Shown: piece by piece, positions 56,185 to 64,000 of the stretch
Layout of the letters: each line of letters starts with the position of its first letter
Numbering within the stretch: the first letter of the stretch is position 1
Assembly: GCA_977017575.1 (NCBI GenBank)
Contig: CDRNVI010000063.1
Coordinates: 124,001-188,000 of the forward strand
Direction of reading: 5' to 3'
Source of the DNA: Paramoeba atlantica
Lineage: Eukaryota; Protista; Discosea
Length of the DNA stretch: 64,000 nt
Notes under the pieces: generated by a model
What the model saw: the letters and a program-made list of their open reading frames with translations, nothing else
Told to the model about the DNA's origin: nothing
Database searches by the model: none
Position numbers and translations under genes: made by a program

Positions 56185-58164
56185 TCATTGTTTCGCATTG
56201 CTTTCTAGTACGACATCTAGTGCGTTGTTTCCAGTTCTGTTACGAACGTAGGAAAGGAAGGGTGCAGAAAGTTCCCCATAAGGAGGCCGTAGCTTTGTAA
56301 TGAGTAGCGTGAGTCGAGATGCCGAATGCAAGTCGCCAAGAGCCAGAAGCCGCCGAATAAGCACCATCAGAGGATAGGAATCTAGTACGACAGGAGGTTC
56401 ATAGTTTTGCATCAATCTTAGCGTGAGTTCGAGGGCATCGGTCATGTGATCATAGGTTAAAAGTTGCTGAACAGCTAAATCAAGTACTTGAGGTGTGATC
56501 GCCACACCCTTAGCTTCCATTGCTTCCACAACTGAGAGGGTGATTGATGCCTTTATGTGATGATGTCCACATGCATACAATGCACAATGAAATGAAGTTG
56601 CATCAGCATTCAGTCCAAAGATACCTTCAATCGCTTCCAACCTCTCAAAGGTACGAAGTTCGTCGCCTTGCAACGCACATGCTAAAACCACTAAATTGAG
56701 AGAGCCGAGTTTCACCGCAGGAGTTTTTGTCGTGTCGTCTTTACACTGTATCGAATCGCGGTGTACGGTCTCCAGGAAATAATATGCACTATCGACCCGG
56801 GCCTGCGAGCACAGTTCCTGTCCCAGCAGGTGCATGACAGCCATTCCGCGGGAGGACACATCTCCGGACCAATCCTCTAGCATACGCATCCCCCTCTCTA
56901 CGTTTCCCCGGGAGAACAGTGCGTGTACCATTGTGACGACATCACGCTGCTCGGCTAGCACTCGCCGCTGAGTGTTTGGGAGTAATGAAATAATTTTGTC
57001 AAAAGTTTCTACATCACGGTAGCGCCAACACTGCCGTTCCATGTGCCGCAACACAGAGGGAGATAAAGCCCGTGCTACCTCGCTGGTGTGTTTCTCATAT
57101 AGGTTGACCTCGGGGAAGGTGCCAGTAAGATCAGGGTTATTTTGAGCTCCGAGACGTAATGGAGAAAAAAGGGTAGTCGAGGGTCGTTTGTCTTCCCCTA
57201 GTCCGGTAGAGGAATCCCCTACATCCACTTCTGTAGACTTGATCATGACTTTGTCCTTGGCTGCAAAAGAAATATCTTTTTCCGAACTGTCAGTTCTGTC
57301 TTCATCGCTCGTTGACAGAATATTTTTTTGAGGTATGCTTGAAGCGGAGTTTGCTTGCGTGGCAGCAAAGGAAATTGTGCGATACATGAGGTCTAATAAT
57401 TCCGGAAGAACGGAAGGCGCAAAGGAAACATCGCGCGCTGCCCAATAGATCCATAGCGTTAGCCTCTCCGGTGTTAGTTCGGGCTTGTAATCCTGTATCG
57501 GAGCGTCAGGCCACCTCACTTTCTTTTCTATGTTAGTCGAATCTGGTAGGCAACGTGACAAGGTGTCCAACATTACTTGAGAGGACGGCCAACATCGCGC
57601 TAATGCTTGAAATAGACTGTGATAGGCATCGTTCGGGGCGCGTAGTTGCCGGCGCTCCATTTCCTCCCACAGGGCCGTAGGATCCGTACCATTTTGTAGT
57701 TGTAATGCTATCATGTTTTGGTACGTATGGGCATTTTTCTCCAGCCCTAGTGCATGAATTCGTTGCTCCACGTCACACAGTATAGATGGCGTCACAACGT
57801 CGGTGCACTCCAGTAGGCAAGCAAGGTAGGTGTTAAAAAGCTCCAGCACATAGCTCCGGGTGTTACAGCTCAACGTGAGATCAAGTATTTTGTGCAGCCA
57901 GGCGGTGGATGTGCCTCTCGTTGTGTACGCTCGCAGAAGATGGATACCAACTAATGCTGCTTCTTCCGTCTTTCGTACGTAGGATGCCATTGTGCGACCT
58001 TCTTGGAGGAAGGTGTCGAATTCGGTACAAATAGAAAGAGCTACCTCGTTGCGACTACGGTCGGACTGCGTTATCTCTGCGAATCTTACACATGGTCTAA
58101 GCTTCGACACTGTGTCACTTGTGAGTACGCTGTATACCTGCCAACGTCTACATATTGAAAACAT
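56185..58164 (-). CDS. Pentatricopeptide-repeat-like protein, probably mitochondrial
   Basis: PPR-like helices (GLEKNAHTYQNMI, FGLNADATSFHCALYAC) and an Arg/Ser-rich N-terminus. Confidence 0.65.
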   Translation of the reverse strand: MFSICRRWQVYSVLTSDTVSKLRPCVRFAEITQSDRSRNEVALSICTEFDTFLQEGRTMASYVRKTEEAALVGIHLLRAYTTRGTSTAWLHKILDLTLSCNTRSYVLELFNTYLACLLECTDVVTPSILCDVEQRIHALGLEKNAHTYQNMIALQLQNGTDPTALWEEMERRQLRAPNDAYHSLFQALARCWPSSQVMLDTLSRCLPDSTNIEKKVRWPDAPIQDYKPELTPERLTLWIYWAARDVSFAPSVLPELLDLMYRTISFAATQANSASSIPQKNILSTSDEDRTDSSEKDISFAAKDKVMIKSTEVDVGDSSTGLGEDKRPSTTLFSPLRLGAQNNPDLTGTFPEVNLYEKHTSEVARALSPSVLRHMERQCWRYRDVETFDKIISLLPNTQRRVLAEQRDVVTMVHALFSRGNVERGMRMLEDWSGDVSSRGMAVMHLLGQELCSQARVDSAYYFLETVHRDSIQCKDDTTKTPAVKLGSLNLVVLACALQGDELRTFERLEAIEGIFGLNADATSFHCALYACGHHHIKASITLSVVEAMEAKGVAITPQVLDLAVQQLLTYDHMTDALELTLRLMQNYEPPVVLDSYPLMVLIRRLLALGDLHSASRLTLLITKLRPPYGELSAPFLSYVRNRTGNNALDVVLESNAKQ

Positions 58165-58752
58165 ACCGCTTACCGAGCCATTGAATATGTGGAAAATCTC
58201 TAATACTCCATATCATTGTGCTACGTACAAGGGATGGCACTCGTACATGGAGACAAAACATTTATAAAAATCATATACTGTCTCTTTCATAAATAATTAT
58301 AATTATTAAATATAAAACTTTTGGATTTATACTTTGAACGAGAAAGTGATATCTTAGCCCCCTTCAAGCAAAAAGTAAGGGCGGCAGCTTAGAAAAGTTG
58401 ATCTTTCACCGTTTCAAGAAAGAAGCAATCAAAGACAAGTATTCCACCACGTGACAAATCCAATGTTTGATATATGTTTTTGCTCATTTTTTTGGTATTA
58501 AATTACCTTCATCTGCGTATTCCACAAGCGCTCCGGCTCAGTCGATTTCGGACCATCACACCGTTGCTTACTGCAATCTTTGTTCTTGCACTCCCCTTAT
58601 ACTTCCAAGAAACTTACACTTCCGTCAACCGTCATTTTTGAGTCAACCAAGGAAGAGAACTCAGGTAAACTTTAAAAGACCTCAAGAACATTGGAAGCCA
58701 TTTGGGGAAGATTTACGCTCACGTAACAGGACCCGATTGGATGCAAGATGAA

Positions 58753-58923
58753 GACCCCATGAACCCCCTTTTTTTTCAATTTTTCAGTTTTGGACCACCG
58801 GAGCCCCCTTTTATAGTTTTTTCTTCTATTATATTACTGTGTTCCTCTTTGTATTTTGACTGTTTTTGTTCACTTTTTTTTCAATAATCGAGGGTAGAGC
58901 GGTAGTTTTACAACCACCGCAAT
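58753..58923 (+). repeat. Family R terminal fragment
   Basis: Ends in the same GCGGTAGTTTTACAACCACCGCAAT as 15788. Confidence 0.85.
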
Positions 58924-58947
58924 GCATACTAAACGGCACATTTATAA

Positions 58948-59453
58948 TGCATATAGCACATTCAGATGCATATTAGCACATTCACATGCATATAGCACAT
59001 TCAGGTGCATAACAGCACATTCACATGCATAACAGCACATTCTAATGCATATAGCACATTCGCATGCATATAGCACATTCACATGCATATTTCTCAATTT
59101 TGTTGATCCTTCCCTTTTAATCACAAAATTCAAAAAACGTGTAGATATTGTTGGCTCATTGGCCCGGCTGGCCCCTCCGTGCGTTCGGCCTCTCATTTCT
59201 CCCAAAACAACTACCACCTTCCCCCCCTATTTAGCGGGGGTCGCTCGGGTGGAAGGGGGGGAAGGTGGTAGTTGTGGGGTATGGAGGCCTCTCGCAACTC
59301 CGGGGCCTCACCGGGAGCAAAGGTGAGCTTCCATAGCACCCCGCACCAACTTTTCGAAAAAGTTGAAATCTGTGCCTAAAATTTTATGCATTTGAATGTG
59401 GTGTTATGCATGTGAATGTGCTATATGCATGTGAATGTGCCGGATTTATGCAT
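58948..59453. repeat. About 19-bp minisatellite (TGCATATAGCACATTCACA) at 58948-59090 with inverted copies at 59386-59453
   Basis: Direct reading of both arms. Confidence 0.8.
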
Positions 59454-59754
59454 GTAATATAATTTATATTACAGTTATTTTTAATTACGGTTATTTTTAA
59501 TTAAGATTATTTTTAGCCCCGAAAAAAATAACTTTTTTTTCATGTCTATCACCATCGACCTCACTTTCATACGAAACGTAAACCTTTATAAAATGATCAC
59601 AGACGAATCCAACGGCTTGGTCGCTTAAAAGCTACTCAAAAAGTATGTTCAAAAACTATTAATTTACGAGTGGACTATATTACGGTTAATTTAATTAAGA
59701 TCAATTTTAGCCAAAAATAACCTTAAAAGCGTAATTAAATAATACTGTAATTAA

Positions 59755-61115
59755 ATAAACCCCGCGTCATGAAAAGTGAGCCCCCACTTTTTTTTCGTAC
59801 AAGTGTCCGTTTGAGCTGATTTTTGTTGCATTTTGCAGATCTCAACACAAGGACTTTGCGCGTGAAGAAATGAAACAAAAAGAAGCGAATACGTATATTT
59901 TATTGAGGAATTACCATTTTTTCACCTTTTCGCCTTTCAATCTTATACACTCCTTAAGGCGTGAGTCAAAGCTTAAGACCGTTTTGTCGATCACATTTTG
60001 AGACAAGCGAGACCACGCTTTGCGTACACATCGGATGAGTGAAGGCTTATCCGATGGGGTCTGTTCGTCCACCGCCCCTTGGACCATAGACCAGACGTTT
60101 TCTATTGGGGAAAGATCTGGTGAGTTGGGGGGCCAATTTTTCAGAAGTTCACTCATTGCGCTTTCAATGTACTCCTTTGAGGCACGAGCAGTGTGTGCCG
60201 TTTCCCCATCTTGCTGAAAAATAGGGGGGAATTTTTTTTAGGGGGGAAATCTACCTCTTTTAATGTTTCTATGTACGTCTCACTTGTAATAGATGTGTCA
60301 TTTTGTAGAATTACCAAGTACCTCCACCCCACCCCTACAGCACCCCAAACTTGGCATCTTGGTGCCCGACGTACTTTTTGACGCGGGGCTGCTTTTTGAC
60401 CGCGCCTTACCCACATTTTTCTTCCGCCATCATTCGTATCAAATGTTTTTTCGTCTGTAAAGATGACACGGGAAGTATCCATATTGTAATTCAACTCAAA
60501 TTGAACTCTTTTTACTTTTTGTCGTTCGGTAAGCCCTTGGCATAGCGGTCGAGCGGCATAACTGTAATCCAGGGATGATAAGTCTCTCTGTAGAGTTCTT
60601 TTTGAAACTTGTATATTCTTTTTCTTCAATTCGGCTGCTATGCGCCTTGATGAATTGAGTCTCGGTACTCCAGCGGGGTCAAGAGGGGTTATTATCTTCT
60701 CAATTTTCGTTTTACGAGTTTGCATTATTTTTTTTCGCTCAGGACTCAAAGTGTATGCTGGGGTAGTTTTTTTTCGTTCAAATATTTTTTAACTATCCTT
60801 CTAGAAACGTTGAAATCACGGGCTAACTCTTTTATTGGTACTCCTTGTCCGTGCCTCATCTTTAAAAGAACCTTTCCAGTAGAAGTCAGCCCCCCTCTTG
60901 GGAGTCGATATGGTGATTTTGGCATTTTTGAAAGAAAAGTTGAAAAAATTAATTTTTTTTTACTGAATTTTAAAGTTTTAAAATGAGCTAAAAACAGCGG
61001 GAACGTACAGATCTCAAAATTTTGAACGACAACGTGGTATGATAACCGCCCCACGACCCCCTGTGCTAAAAATAGGGGGGGGTCACTTATTGGTGACGCG
61101 GGGTTTATAACACTG
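59755..61115 (-). mobile_element. Tc1-like element with frameshifted DD35E transposase (60925 to 59911)
   Basis: End TA-CAGTGTTATAAACCCCGCGTCA (read on the minus strand) with a partial mate at 59755. Motifs VIFTDEK, VWGAV, FQQDGETAH and WPPNSPDLSPIENVW. Confidence 0.85.
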
Positions 61116-61734
61116 TATGTAAACTTATCTGCCAAGTCAGCTGACTGGCAGCTGACTGGACAGTCCACTGTAATATGGTACTGTAAGCTAATATGTCTAA
61201 TATGGTACTGTAAACATTAAAAATCTACTCTAAACAGTATAAATGGTTGATGGTTGCACTGAAAGTGCATATCTAGCGCTCCTTGGTACCATATTGTCTG
61301 ATTGAACCTTAATTTTTCACGCTCAGGGCATCGTTCTGAACATCTTAATAATTATTAATAATTATTAATAATCGTTAATAATTTTTTAATAATAATTATT
61401 ATTAAAGCCTAAAATTATTAATAATTCTTAAATAAATTAAATTCTTAATAATTCGTCTTACGTATACGAAATGCAAAATGCATTTTTTGATAGTCAGCTG
61501 GCTATTTTTCCAGGTGGTGGCCAGCTCACCATTGCTCCAGGGGGTGGCCAGCTGGCCACTTTTTCAAGGCCGAGAAAATCATACCTTTTTTTCGTTCATT
61601 TGTTATGCCGTCGGCGAGTGAAATGCGTTTCAAAAAAAAAGACATTTCTGGAAGTTAGTTAATGAGCTCAAAAATATTCCCCAAACTTTGAAACAGCTGT
61701 AGTCTGTCAATTTTGGGAACCTCTGAGCTGCCTT

Positions 61735-62440
61735 ACAAATCATGTGACCTATACATGACAAAAACGTAATGGTGGGAAACGCAAAACGTAAGCCTTGCTC
61801 AAAGTTCAACAGATCATCTTGGCCAACACCATCAGTCCGATCATAAATTTCGCGCAGATGACCCTCGCAATGCAACCGGGCAACATGGTTAACTGCACTG
61901 CCGTCGACCATGAGAAATTTTAGTTTTTTTAGTCGATCAGCTCCGATGTTAATCATTAAGCTGCTAATGAAAGTCTCGGCCATGAGTTTTCCATCGAACG
62001 CCTTGTGTTGAGGTGAATAAAGTGGTGGAAGAACATATTCTTCAGCCCCCACATATAAGATGCACAAGAGCAAATGTTCACTCTTTACCCGATCAATACC
62101 TGCATCTACCGCTGCACCAAAAAAACGTGATTATCGATGTGGTCTCGAAGAACCCCCCATAATTCATTTGCCAGAACGGACTCGCATTCATGAAGTTTTC
62201 GAGTTGTCTTAGGAAAAAATGCAAGAAATTGTGCGGCAGTCACGTTAGGAGGCCACTGCTCCAAAAAAGAGTGAACAAAAGTGATAAATTGCTGTGATGG
62301 TGTGCTCATAAGAGCGTGCACACATGGAACTACCCGCGTTGCGTACACCTCCGCATTTTGCCGCATTGTTATCGTGCTGTTTCGTTCCTCCTCTTCCATT
62401 CGAACAGTCCGAAGATCACATTCCTTTCTGTGTCGTTGGT
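61735..62440 (-). pseudogene. hAT-like transposase N-terminal fragment (same family as 34853)
   Basis: AVDAGIDRVKSEH, YVGAEEYVLPP, FLMVDGSAVNH and LSCIGHM. Confidence 0.85.
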
Positions 62441-62917
62441 AGTGATTTCGAGCCTTACTGTAAGACTAAAAATCTAAGTCTCTACGTAGAATTTCTACGT
62501 AGAACGCGTAGAATTCTACGTAGACTACCAACTATGCTTACAGTGAGTCTATAATTTATACCAGTATGCACAAGCAACTATACGAGTATGCACATACAAG
62601 CACATGTAGAGGTGCTCAGCACAAGTAGGAACATACGAAGTGAAGCAAATCAACACATCTATGAGATATTGTATAGTTGGTGGTCAACGTCTTTGTAGGA
62701 GTAGTATCTATATTACTCTTTTGCTACTGATATTTATTGCGAAGTGACCTCAGATGTTTTAATTCCTACGGACCAGGATGCTTGTTTTAAGAAGCTCTGT
62801 TCACTGAAGCGCAAGGGCATATAGGTCCGAAGTGTACTGGTACGTTGCTTACCAGGTGCTATCCAACACGCTAAGCGAGTAGTCAACGTTGAAAACATTT
62901 TTGAAAAAGTTACCTCT

Positions 62918-63652
62918 ATGGCAGGAAACGGTAAAACTACCGAGGGCGTACAGAAAATGGAACTTGCGTGCGCAGCTTTGCTATCCGGAAACTTTAGTTC
63001 ACGAAACGTAAGTGATGAGATACTCGTCGCTCTACGAGATGCCGTATTTGAAATTGAAGTAGACTCCAAAAACATGGAAACAAAGGAGCCAACGGAGGAA
63101 AAACCCGCGCATGAGCTTTCCTCTGCGCAGAAGCGCCTAAAGGAGATCCAGGATCAGGTTCGGCCGTATATCGGCACCATGGACGATCCTCGTTGTGGAG
63201 AACTGATCCACAAATGCCTTTTGAACGTGGGGTTCGCCAGTGAAAGTTGGATGACCCCAGAAATTGTTGCAAATGTGCGCAACGTAGTAGGAAAGGCTCC
63301 CTACATGCGATATTATGCGCAGCTCTTCACGAAGCATCCAGCTGGAGACCCACTTCCAGATGTGAGTAACAAGGGAGTTCGCCTGGTAATGTGGAGTCTA
63401 TTATGCAAGCTTGGATCTGTAATGATGTCACACCGGCTGGCGCATCACGGAAAGATCATCGCAGCAGAAAAGATAGAAGAAACACTATTGAACAACGAAC
63501 ACATCAAAGTTGATCATAGTATCGTGGCGGTTATTGCAACTGATGAGAGAGCTACGTCACAGGTGAACCTCAAGAGCTCAGCTCAAAAGTGTTATCGGGA
63601 AATTCGTGATTTTATCACCCGCCTCGTTTCACCCACACCCGGCCAACCATAA
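62918..63652 (+). CDS. Unassigned ORF, possibly a degenerate element gene
   Basis: 244-codon ORF with natural-looking composition on the strand opposite the host genes. Its 3' flank resembles 26830-26890 (minus). Confidence 0.35.
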   Translation: MAGNGKTTEGVQKMELACAALLSGNFSSRNVSDEILVALRDAVFEIEVDSKNMETKEPTEEKPAHELSSAQKRLKEIQDQVRPYIGTMDDPRCGELIHKCLLNVGFASESWMTPEIVANVRNVVGKAPYMRYYAQLFTKHPAGDPLPDVSNKGVRLVMWSLLCKLGSVMMSHRLAHHGKIIAAEKIEETLLNNEHIKVDHSIVAVIATDERATSQVNLKSSAQKCYREIRDFITRLVSPTPGQP

Positions 63653-64000
63653 AGACGAATAGGCAGAGGTTGTAAACAACCCCCGCAATTATAAGCACAT
63701 AATCCCAGAATAAGGTCAAGCCGAAAATAAAATTTGGTTTTACGAACGTCTACTTTATGATGAGTCATTTTGCTCCTCTCTTGAATCATTTGATTCAGAA
63801 GAGCCCGAAGGCTGAGTAAGTCTGTAAGAAAGTAAGAGTTGGAGGGATGAGGGAATCCAAAAAGGGGGGATGAGTAAGTCATTCAGTAATTCAGTAAACA
63901 AGACAATGCTTAATTCAGTAACCCGGGGGTCAGGTTACCATTTAAAGGTGGATTACCGTTTAAATTGCAATTTACAGGTAGAGATGTATTTACGAGTCTC

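Noticed and set aside
60220-60780. Programmed frameshifting in transposases
   Set aside because: The shifts fall in homopolymer runs and are not conserved between copies. Decay or long-read indel error is simpler.
39270-61735. The 61735-62440 and 37894-39270 hAT fragments as two halves of one split element
   Set aside because: Both contain the SCIGHM region with different nucleotide sequence.

Overview
Intron-less eukaryotic DNA, most likely from a kinetoplastid (inference: Perkinsela-like or bodonid). Every recognisable host gene lies on the minus strand as one polycistron-like run: CLP1, REI1/ZNF622, a DNA 3'-phosphatase, a divergent paraflagellar-rod-like protein, SPCS2, a PPR protein and eight members of an LRR family. 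The genes are separated by dense, often nested transposable elements: Tc1/mariner (DD34E, DD35E), two pogo-like DD30D elements whose transposase is fused to a Ulp1-type cysteine protease, a hAT-like family with Asp at the usual catalytic Glu position and a 6-bp TSD, Merlin/IS1595 fragments, DIRS/TATE-like RT-RNase H fragments, and non-autonomous elements with TA, TTA or 8-bp TSDs. Other signals are a TSD-less hairpin-terminated repeat family, a 39-nt spliced-leader-like sequence and a tRNA-shaped Pol III element. All family calls come from manual motif recognition; no database search was run.
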